Assembly (NCBI GenBank): GCA_037441475.1
Contig: JBBISB010000001.1
Coordinates: 156,418 to 188,417, forward strand
DNA from: Candidatus Iainarchaeum sp.
GTDB lineage: Archaea > Iainarchaeota > Iainarchaeia > Iainarchaeales > CSSED10-239
Reading direction: 5' to 3'
Length of the DNA stretch: 32,000 bases
Shown: positions 1 to 10,200 of the stretch, piece after piece
How positions within the stretch are numbered: position 1 is the stretch's first letter
Layout of the letters: every line of letters starts with the position of its first letter
Notes under the pieces: generated by a model
The model's input: the letters and a program-made list of their open reading frames with translations, nothing else
Database searches by the model: none
What the model was told of the DNA's origin: nothing
Made by a program: the position numbers and the translations under genes

Positions 1-2121
1 GTTAAACCACTTTGCATTTCTTAAAGTCTTGTTTGAAAGATCAGTTGTTTGTCCTGAACATGGAGTGTATGAAGTTGATCCAATAGTTTCAGACTTAGCG
101 TATCTTACTTCCTTAATAAATAAAGCATCCTCTAAAACAGTATAAGTGGTTGTACCACATACTGGGTTTGGTGCATTTCCTATTCTTAAGTGTGCTACAA
201 CTTTTGAAAACTTTTTAGTAACATTTAATGAATATCTAGCAGTTACTTGCATACCTGGAGTTACAGAGTTTATTTTTTCTCCTAAAGCATTATAGAAACC
301 TAAAAACTCAATACCTGATGTTTGTGAAATTCTTGATGGTAAAGTAAATGAAAGATTAACAATCTCATTTGCATTAATCTCATATCTTGAAGTTATAAAT
401 TTAGAATCAAAATTATCAATAACAAAGTATACTTGCTTATCTGCTCTTATCTTTATTAAAGTAAAACCCTCTGCGTTTGTAGATGTGGTTTTATCTGCTA
501 AGATACTATCGTTTAAAGTATCATAAACATATACGTTTCCTTGGTAGAAATCCCCAAACTCAGTTTTTAAAGTTAAGTTAAAGGTTCCTTCTCCAATTGT
601 CATCTTTATTACTTGTTCATTTATTTGTTGTTCAACAATTCTAAATGGATTTGTAAACTCAGAAGTAAATTGTCCTTTAGATGAATCAAGCTTATATGTT
701 CTACTTATATCTAAGTTTGTTAAAACAGCTTTACCATAAACATCAGCAGTTATTGTTTGAAGAATAATGTTTTCTTCAGCATCCCATAGTCTAATGGTTG
801 CAAAATCAACTGGTTTAAGTAAATTATCTTGAACTGTTATAACAAGGCTTCTTAAGTTTTCATTAGTTATTGGGTTTAAAGAGATTTGTTTTACAGAGTC
901 ACTTATTCTTAAGTTATTCTCTGTTTTTAAAATATAATTAGGATTATTAAAAACAACCTTGTAAGTTATGTTTTCTTCAACACCGAAATTTACAAGACCT
1001 TCTTTGTTTGAGATTAATGTTTTTACAAGTGTGCTTGTTTTGTATAAAGAAACTGAAACATTTTCAATAGCTTCTTTTGTTTTAGAATCAATTACTTTAA
1101 ATTTAAGTTGACCAATATATGCCTTTGTTAAAAGAACATCTTTATTTTGAAGAGCTGAATCAACAATTGTTATTTGTATATTTTCAAGTTCTGTTATTGG
1201 TCTGTATCTATCATCATTATCATATATAACAACTCTGTATGTTCCTATTGTTATGTTTTCAAAAAGAACAATACCGTTTGTGTTTGTAGTTGCTTCTCTT
1301 ACAACTTGACTTTGCATATTAACAATTGAAACACTAACATTTGAAATTGGTGTTTTTAAATCATTATCTAAAACTTTAATCGATGCATTACCTGTTTTCT
1401 TTTCTGCAAAGCTTAACTCAACATCTCCTGATAAACCATCTTCGTTTACTGCAACAGAACCAACTGCATTAACTGTGGATGATTCTATTGAAACTTGTAA
1501 GTAACCACAATCAGCAGGTATGTCTGTTAAGGTTAAAGAACCGTCGTTTGTTAAAAGATTATTTTTTCTATAATTACTGTTATTTGAACAAGTGATTGTT
1601 GAAACTGTTAAAGGAGAATTATATAGTTCGTTATTTGATTTAAAATATATTGTTTTTGAAACTGTACTAACTGTTAATTTAAGATAAACTGGATAGTTAT
1701 TCTTTTTACTAAAGTTAATAGTTAAAGGAGTCTCTATTTGGTATTTAGAACTTTTAATACCTAAAGGCATTTCCTCTTTCTTAATACCAGTAACCTCTGC
1801 TATTCCTAAAGAGTTTGTTACAAGAAGTTTTGGAGAGTTGTTAAATAATATTTCTAAACTCTCATTTGAGATTGGTTTATTTTGGGAGTCTACAAAAGTT
1901 AAAGAATAGGTCTGATCAGTAACAACTGAAGATCCAAATAATAAGAATGCTAAAAATACTATTAATAAAAGTATTATAAGATTGAATAATAGGAAGGTTG
2001 GAATTCCGTTCTTTTCTAAAGGATCTACAATTTTATATAAATTGATTCCCTTTTTTTCTAATCTATCAAGAAATGCAAAGTATTTCTCTTCTTGCCTGTA
2101 GTAAAAAGATTTTAGACCCAT
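1..2121 (-). CDS. Giant membrane-anchored surface protein, partial (C-terminus beyond left window edge), with Ig-like/carboxypeptidase-regulatory-like repeats
   Basis: Open minus-strand frame from ATG at 2121-2119 to position 1 (707 codons, no stop; not in the ORF track). N-terminus reads MGLKSFYYRQEEKYFAFLDRLEKKGINLYKIVDPLEKNGIPTFLLFNLIIILLLIVFLAFLLFG, one TM helix, then repeats such as NASIKVLDNDLKTPISNVSVSIVNMQSQVVREATTNTNGIVLFENITIGTYRVVIY. Confidence 0.85.
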   Translation of the reverse strand, partial: MGLKSFYYRQEEKYFAFLDRLEKKGINLYKIVDPLEKNGIPTFLLFNLIILLLIVFLAFLLFGSSVVTDQTYSLTFVDSQNKPISNESLEILFNNSPKLLVTNSLGIAEVTGIKKEEMPLGIKSSKYQIETPLTINFSKKNNYPVYLKLTVSTVSKTIYFKSNNELYNSPLTVSTITCSNNSNYRKNNLLTNDGSLTLTDIPADCGYLQVSIESSTVNAVGSVAVNEDGLSGDVELSFAEKKTGNASIKVLDNDLKTPISNVSVSIVNMQSQVVREATTNTNGIVLFENITIGTYRVVIYDNDDRYRPITELENIQITIVDSALQNKDVLLTKAYIGQLKFKVIDSKTKEAIENVSVSLYKTSTLVKTLISNKEGLVNFGVEENITYKVVFNNPNYILKTENNLRISDSVKQISLNPITNENLRSLVITVQDNLLKPVDFATIRLWDAEENIILQTITADVYGKAVLTNLDISRTYKLDSSKGQFTSEFTNPFRIVEQQINEQVIKMTIGEGTFNLTLKTEFGDFYQGNVYVYDTLNDSILADKTTSTNAEGFTLIKIRADKQVYFVIDNFDSKFITSRYEINANEIVNLSFTLPSRISQTSGIEFLGFYNALGEKINSVTPGMQVTARYSLNVTKKFSKVVAHLRIGNAPNPVCGTTTYTVLEDALFIKEVRYAKSETIGSTSYTPCSGQTTDLSNKTLRNAKWFN

Positions 2122-2325
2122 AATTTATCTCTCATATATATATATTAATATATTTTTGCAGCATAATCCTTTAAAAGCTATGCTATTTAGTAAATATTAA
2201 TTGTCCTTATATATTTAAATACCTTTTTATTCACCATAAAAAGTTAATATTTTTTAAATTTTAGTAAAATTACCTATTTTTTATAAATTTTCCTTATATT
2301 GTTCAAGCTTTTAAAGTTTTTTTCT

Positions 2326-4002
2326 TTATTGAGCAACACACCCTGCTGTCCCTGGTAACCCTGCTTCGTAACTTTTACATCTCCATCCTGATGTCAGAGG
2401 ATTATTTAAAATTACTTGGTTTTGAAAATATCCTGGGGTTCCAAAGCTAAATGTTTGAGAAGGATTAAAAAAAGAATAACTTGCATAATCATCTTCTAAT
2501 TGCACATAGATATTTTTATAATCTTCTGCAAGGATATATCTTTCATCCTGGTCTTCAAATTTAAATAAAATATTTATTTTTTCTATTTTGCTACACTTTA
2601 AATTAAAATTTTTATTATCTTGAGAAATATTAGTAGGGTCTCTTAAAATAAAAATATTATTATCATTATTTAAAGAAAGTCCAATATTTGAAGCTTTATT
2701 ATATTGTAATGGATTAAAAATTACAGGTGTTATTGATGAGTCCCCTTGAATACCTCCAGCAGAAGGTTCTGATAAAACCTCTTTTGTGACTTTTGAAACA
2801 TCAATTACACTTACATTACAGATATTTAAACCATTTTGTGAAACAACAGAGTTTCTACACACCCCAATACCATCATTTACTGATTTAAGGTTATTTCCTG
2901 CATAGATTTGTACTGGTGTTCTTGCAGAAACATTATTTTTAATAGTTGTCTTAACAAGATCTTCAAAAACAGGTTTTAAATTTTCTGATGTTTGAAGAGA
3001 ATAACTATTATTTCCTGAAAGATTAATATTTGTACCAACTACAGTATACCCTCCGCCGTTGTTTGCCTTAACTCCTGAAACTGATGTTGGTTTTGTACAA
3101 ACATCCGAAAAATAATTTTTATTAGTAGTAATAAAAAGATCTTCTCTTAACCCACAACTATCAATATCACAAACCCCAAGCTTTGCACTGTTTAAAGTGT
3201 AATGGATGTATGGGTTAAAGAAACCTTGAGAGGTTGAAGAACGATTTAATATTTCACTTTGATCTTTTTTTTCGAGCTCAGCATCAAGAGCAAAGTTTCT
3301 AACAGTCCTCATAGCTTGAAACCCTCTCCAAGGAATATATATCTTATACTCTCTTCTTGCAAAAACTGGTCTTTGAATAACCTCATCATTTTGATTTCTT
3401 TTAACAACAATCATTGGAAGTTTTTCATAGTCCTCTGCAGATAAGTTTCTAGTGTCTATTGTAAAATATAAAGTTCCTAAACAATTTACACTATTCTGCT
3501 CACAATCAACAACTTTTAACTTATTATCTCCTGCTGCAACAAAAGAAGCTTTAATAATTCTAGATAATTCTATTTTATCATAATCAGGAACTTGAATACC
3601 ATACCCTATAGGTGGGTTTGTATATAATAAACTACTTATAACGTTTTGTGCAAAGAAATTTTCAAATTGATTATCAAAAAAAATATCATCTGCATAATAT
3701 TTTACAAAACTATCCCAATCAAGCATCACTTGTTCTCTTTGAATTTTAATTTGATTATCAGGGTTACTTCTAAACTTTATCCATTGTTCTCTAAAAGAAA
3801 CAACAAAGTTATTAAAAGCATCAGCTCTTGAAATATCTGCAATAGTAATTAGATCAGAAGTTCTTGATTGATCATCAATTAAGGATAAATAGTTTTCTTC
3901 GGTCTGTACCATGTTATATACAAAAACAATTGTTATGGAAAGTAGCATTAAAGAGATTAATGCTGTAAAAAGATTAAATCCTTTTTTGTTTTTTATAAAC
4001 AT
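2326..4002 (-). CDS. Pilin-like surface protein with N-terminal prepilin-type segment and large Cys-containing ectodomain
   Basis: 558 aa ORF; N-terminus MFIKNKKGFNLFTALISLMLLSITIVFVYNM resembles a basic leader plus KKG|F and a hydrophobic helix; ends CRCKSYEAGLPGTAGCVAQ-like Cys-containing tail. Confidence 0.7.
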   Translation of the reverse strand: MFIKNKKGFNLFTALISLMLLSITIVFVYNMVQTEENYLSLIDDQSRTSDLITIADISRADAFNNFVVSFREQWIKFRSNPDNQIKIQREQVMLDWDSFVKYYADDIFFDNQFENFFAQNVISSLLYTNPPIGYGIQVPDYDKIELSRIIKASFVAAGDNKLKVVDCEQNSVNCLGTLYFTIDTRNLSAEDYEKLPMIVVKRNQNDEVIQRPVFARREYKIYIPWRGFQAMRTVRNFALDAELEKKDQSEILNRSSTSQGFFNPYIHYTLNSAKLGVCDIDSCGLREDLFITTNKNYFSDVCTKPTSVSGVKANNGGGYTVVGTNINLSGNNSYSLQTSENLKPVFEDLVKTTIKNNVSARTPVQIYAGNNLKSVNDGIGVCRNSVVSQNGLNICNVSVIDVSKVTKEVLSEPSAGGIQGDSSITPVIFNPLQYNKASNIGLSLNNDNNIFILRDPTNISQDNKNFNLKCSKIEKINILFKFEDQDERYILAEDYKNIYVQLEDDYASYSFFNPSQTFSFGTPGYFQNQVILNNPLTSGWRCKSYEAGLPGTAGCVAQ

Positions 4003-4259
4003 TTTTTTTCATTACCAGTATTTTTTTATATTTTTCAAAATAAAAATATTTTTCTTTTAAAAAAATAAAAATTATTCTTTTAAAAAATATTTTAAAAGTT
4101 AAATAACATTCTAAAAGAAAAATATTATTATTCTTAATATAATATATTAATATTTTTTATATTAAATACTATTATTAGAAGATGTTTATATTTTTATATA
4201 TTTCTGTTTTATAAAAAAAATAAAAAAAGAAGAGAAAAAGAAATATTTTCCCTATATTC

Positions 4260-7200
4260 TTAATTTGCTTTAACAGGGTCAATACATTTGTCAACTCTTA
4301 AAACATCTGTTAAAGCTATTATTGAAGGAGCTTGAGAGTTGTAAGGTCTTACATCAACAATATATCTTGACTTATACTCTTGTGAACTTTCAGGAGCAAG
4401 ATAATCTACCTCTGTTATATAGAAGATATTCTTTTCAAAGACAATAGGTGTTTTAATCTCAATTGAGCTATTAAGACCAGTCATACCTTTATCTCTTAAA
4501 CCATTAATACCAACTATGTTACCCGCAATTCCACAACCAAGTCCTCTTAAAAATCCACCAGCACCTCTAACCCACTTTAGTTTACTTGAAGCAGTTGGTA
4601 CTTTTGAACCGCTTATCTTTGTAAAGTCATCTATAACTTCGTCAGGAACTAAATAATTTCCAGCACCATCAGGAGCTAAACTACTTATCTTAATACTCAT
4701 TGCTTCTAATGAAGCTTTTTGTGCTTTTGCATCAGCTAGTTTAGTTTTTAATGAAGCTAAGTCTGATGATGCTTTTCTAGATGCTCTGTCCACAGCAGTA
4801 ATTTTATTAGGGTCTGATTTTACTTTTTTAGGATTAAAAGAAGATCTTGCATTATTTTTTTCAAGATCAGTAATCTTTCTTTCTAAAACTTTAATTGAGT
4901 CATCTGCTTCTTTTATTAAACCTTTCTTAGAATCACCTATTGTGTCTAAAAGATTATTTAGTGAAGCGTCATCAATTACATTAACTGTACTTGTAGTTGT
5001 TGTTCCAGGTCCAGCTCCTGCTGCAACACTTCTGTCATAACCTTGTAACTTAGATAAATAGCCATTATTTTTGGTTAGACTATTAACTGCATCAACTTGA
5101 CTTAAATGTCCTGATGGATAAACTCCAGAATGAGGAAATTGACTTCTTGAAACAACTTGTAATAAATCATCTAATTGAGCACTAGTTATTTTTGAATAAT
5201 TAATTTTTGCGTTTGCACCACTTCCTGATATTACATCTGGATTATTCATCAAAGCCTCAATTACATTATCTGCTATTCCAGTAGTATTAGTAAAGGATGT
5301 CGGAACTTGATTAAAATATATTCCTGCTGATTGAACATTATTTACTGTAACCATTTGAGGGGATGAAAGATAATTATTTGAAATAACTTTAATATAATCA
5401 TCTAAAAAATTTATTGCCTTTTCAGAAGGTGCTCTAGGTCTTACTAAATTAGGGGTTGTTCCAGGTGTTGTAGTTGTTACTGTTTGAGATACAAAAGGAT
5501 CATCACCTAAACTTATTGTTGCCTCTCCAAGATTTAATGGAGTTGCAGCAGCAGAAGATCCTGCCTTAAAAGAACCTGCCATTACAGATCCAACAATTCC
5601 TGTAAACCACTCTTCAACCTCTCCAAACAAAGGACCTAAAAACTTAAGTTCAGGTTCATTAAATAACCATCCTAAAAACTTATCAATAAGCCATCCTAAA
5701 CCGCCCTCTCCACCTGTTAAAGCAGATGCAAAGATTTGAAGAGCAGGAAGACCACATGAAAAGCCTAAACAATCAATTCCAATACCTGCAATAGATACTG
5801 GCATTAAAACTGCTGACAAACCATAACAACCAGCACAAGTTGCAGAACATCTTAAGAAATACTGTCCAGCATTGTTTAAGCCTTTATTTATTTTCGAGGT
5901 TGTCTTTTGTTCAGGGTCCTTTAAATCACAACCAAGTTGTTCATAGTTATAAAAGAAATCTCCATTATACTTTCCAGAGTCCATAACCTTTTGTAAAGTA
6001 GAACACATCTCTTCTTTTTCAGCAGCATTATACTCTTTCTTCCAATCAACTAAGGCAGTGATGTTAAGAGGAAGATTTTTATCTTCATCTTTTTTATTAT
6101 TCTCTAAAAGAATATTATTATAAACTTCTAAAAGATATTCAGAAGGAGTTATAGCACATGAAGCTAAAGTAACCTCTGCAATTGCACTCCTGTTACCAAT
6201 AGTACCATCAGAAGAATAAATACTTGTAGCTGTAACAGTTGCTTTTTGACCAACCAAAGTATTCATTTCAGAGGGTGTTAATGGAGTTACACACATAAAA
6301 AAATTATTATCTTGGTTTTGAAGAACAGAAAGGCTAAGAGGCTCTTGAACACCATCATCTTTATTTTTCTTAAAACCAATAGTGCCACCAGGAACTTGTG
6401 TTGATGAAATTTTTAAAGTCTCATCCATTGATGATTTTATTTTCATTAAAGTACAAGAAGATGTTTCTTGTAAAGTTAAAGAAACTTCCTTTTCAGTAAA
6501 AGCTAAATCTCCAGCCTTAACTAAATCAAGGATAAGCATATATGTTTGATCTTTAGAAACACAAACCTTTGCACTATAATCGTTCTTTGTTATCATTGAG
6601 CTTATAACATTTACAAACTCTCTTCTTACCTTGTCAGGAGTTAAGCCATCTGCTGTTTGATATTGACTATTAAGAAGAACATTTATTTGTTCAGGGTTTG
6701 CTTTTTCATAAACTTGTTTATCATTAAAAGATATTTTTGCAAGAGCATTTTTATTTTCAGAAATAACACCTGAAGAAACATTTAAGGTACTGTTTCTTGT
6801 AGATAAAACATCTCTATTGTAAACATATCTTAAATCTACTTGATCTGTCTTAAACTTACCTACACCCTTGATTAAGTCTTTTGAAATATTTTCATCACCA
6901 GTAAACAAAGTAAGCCATGTTCCTTGTCTATTGTTTTTATCTAAAGTTAAATCCCATGGAAGGAAGTTTAAATAATTCATTATCTTTTTATCACAGTGAG
7001 AAGTTTTTTCATACTTTAAAACATTTATGAAATAATATGCTCTCTCTGGATAAATATAATCAGGAGAAGCTGCTATAAAACCATCAAGCTCAATTGTGTA
7101 CTTACCACAACCACTCAATTGATTTGAAACAAACACTTTATTTCCACCAGCATAAACACCTAAAGAAGTATTCCCTGCACTATTAAATGGATTTGTTTCA

Positions 7201-10200
7201 ACAAAGTAATTTTTAAAACCATAATTTGATTTTGAAAGAATAGCTCTTACAAGCTCAGTAGAGACTACATCATTTTGCATATAGAAAGTAAACTCAATTG
7301 GCTCAACATCTCCACCAAGCTCTGATATCTTACAATACCCTCTTGCAGCATCAACTAGAGGACATCCTGTGTTCATTGTCTTTGCTTGTGCTTGAGAAGA
7401 CATTTGTTTTATTTGGTTTTGAAGTTCACTTACCTTCTTTAAAATATACTCTGTTGAAGAAACAGCATCACAGTAACCTGATTCTTCAGAACATGCACCA
7501 ATTGAGATTAAAGGTCTACTTAAGGTTGTTGTTTCTTTTAAGTCTTCACAAACTGGAAGAGAAGAATTTATTGTAACAATATTATCTTTAGCTTGATCTT
7601 CAAAGACATCTTTGATATTTATAGAAACTGTAAAGTCCTCTGAAGTTACAGGATTACCAGAGTTAAGTAATCTTCCTATTATTACCATTGGCATTTTAGG
7701 AGAGCCACCTAAAGAGCTTGCTGTAAGCTCTAAGCTATAGGTTGCTGATTGATTAGGGTATATTAAATTATTACCAGAGGTTGGAATTATTCTAAAAGGA
7801 TTAGCACCAAAAGTCTCTGTATAACCATCTTGTTTTTTATCAATACCAACAACAGAAACTGGTTCTGCACAGTAGTTTGTTAAGGTAATGTTTCTTGCTC
7901 TCTTTTCTCCAACCTTTAAAGTATAATCTAAATTTTTATTACTTACCTTCAAACAGTTAGGAGAGGAGATTGTAAAAATAATCTGGGTGGTTGCTGTTAT
8001 TGGGTTATTAATACCAGCAGCTTTTCCAGTAACTAAAATAAATGCATTATCAGCAGTTGATTTATTTATATTAACTGTAAACTGTAAATCAATAGGTATT
8101 GATGCACCAGGCTCTAAAACAGATACCTCTCTAGGATATTCTTTAATACCTATGTTTGAAGATACCATCTTAGGATATTGACTTATCTGTATATCTGTTA
8201 TTGGAACTGTTCCTATATTTTTAATCATGAACCTTGTTGCATTAACAGCAGATTGCTGAGGATGAAGTTGTGAGATTGGAACCTGTATTAATGTAGGCAT
8301 TATCCATAAAGCCTTACTTAGATCTAAAAGATCAACATTTAAAGTTGATGGGGAAACAGAGTATAAGCTGTTATGCCATAGGATATTATAAGTAAATTTT
8401 CTTTGTTGTTTAAGGTTTGATTTATTTTTAATAATAACATCATAAACCTTCTCTTCTCCTGGAAGAACAGTTACATGAGCAAGGGAAAGCTCTAAACCAT
8501 TGTTTGAAGCTGAGGAGGTTAACACTGATTGTGGAGTAAAGGTTATAGCTTGTGAACAGTTGTTTTTAATAATAAAGAAAGTAGTATTTTCTGTACTCTC
8601 TGTTGTTGAATCTACTTTTGAAGAATAGTAGGTATAATAGTTAGGATCTGTATAGTTTACAGTATTCCTTGAAGAAGAATAATTTTGAGTATAGTTTTGA
8701 GATGCTAAATAATCTGAGTAATTGGAGTAGGTTTGAGAAGGTGCAAGTAAAAGATTACTTCTTTGTGTATTTCCAGCATAATTGTAGTTTGTGAAAGGAG
8801 TGTTATACACATTTGGTGCAGTATACTTAAGGTTTAAACCTACAAAGGAGTTAACTGCATTTGGAGTTATCTCAATACAGTCGCTAACCAAAAGACCTTT
8901 GTTTATCCTAATAGGGACAATCTTTGTAATCTCTCTAGGACCAATGGTTGCATAGATAGGAACATTTGCAAATGCTGTTTCAAACAATATATCTTTTGAT
9001 ACAGTGATTACAACCTCGTAGTTTTGAGAGGAATTTTTATTAATAAAAGGATTACCTCTAATATCTATAAAGATTTTATCAGATCCATCAACCCAGACTG
9101 GTTCTCCAAACCTGATGTTAGTTGCTTGGTAAACACCGTTGTTTTGTAAAGTAAATCTTGAAGAGGAGGTTATCTGGTCAAGACCAAGATTGATTAATAC
9201 CTCAGGAGGTGTTAATGTTAATAAAGAATCATCAACTATGAAAATTTGTTTTTTATAAGGAACATAACCATAACTTTCAACTAAGACGTTTACAGAGGAG
9301 ACATTAAATTTATTTTCAATAGTATAGTTTCCATTTCTACCATTACTTCCCTCTCCCTTAACTGAGGAAATAAAGGCTCCTCTATCATCATAGAAAGAGA
9401 TGAATGCATTTTCAATAGGTTTTAAAGAAACTGAATCAATAACCTCTATATTAAACTTAGAACCGTATGAAACAAAGATATCAGGTGTAAAAATAACCTT
9501 CATTTCTTTTTTATCAAAAACATTAAAGCTTAGTCTATCATTAAAGACTTGAGAACCTAAGATAGCATCTGTTCCCTTAAGATCAATGTATGCTGTTCCT
9601 ATCTCCTTTGAAATAAATGTTAAATAAATTTTCTTTAAACTGTTTTGGTTTATTGAAAGATTATCCCTTACTGCTTCAAAGTTTGAAGAATCATAAGTTG
9701 TGCTTTGGTTATTTAGAGTATCTGTAAAAAGATTAAAGGAGATTAAAGGAAAGCTCTTTGAAGTTTCAGCTAAAAGATTTAACTGTGAGTTTTTTAAAGA
9801 ATAGATGCTTGTTTCAAGAGAGTAGTTTTCTCCTTTAATAGCATAAAAGTCTTCAATATTAAACTCATTATCTTTTGAGTCAATTATCTTATAAGAAACA
9901 CAAACATCACCAGAACAATTTAAAGGAACATTGAAAAGATCAATTGAAACTTCTTTTGTTTGTGCATAAAGAGCTCCCTTAAGATTATTTGAATAGTTTT
10001 GTTTTAAAGTTGTATCAATAGGATCTCTATAGTAAAGTTTATTTTCTTCAATCAATGCCCTGTACTTAAAGATTAGTTTTGTAACAGACATATCAACTGC
10101 ATTAACCTTAACCTTTATTTGTTTGTTTCCTAAAGGAACATCTGAAGCCCATTTAAGCTCAAGCCATTTATTTATTATCTGTGAAGAACCTTCATTAAGA

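Noticed and set aside
3259-3831. Plus-strand ORFs of about 61 aa inside the 558 aa gene
   Set aside because: Antisense to a convincing long ORF and with low-complexity composition; no sign of independent coding. The same applies to 7298-7576, 7987-8181, 11755-11940, 15072-15257, 18429-18656, 22154-22342, 22812-23060, 23670-23921, 24574-24801, 27690-28199, 27704-27886 and 29016-29243.
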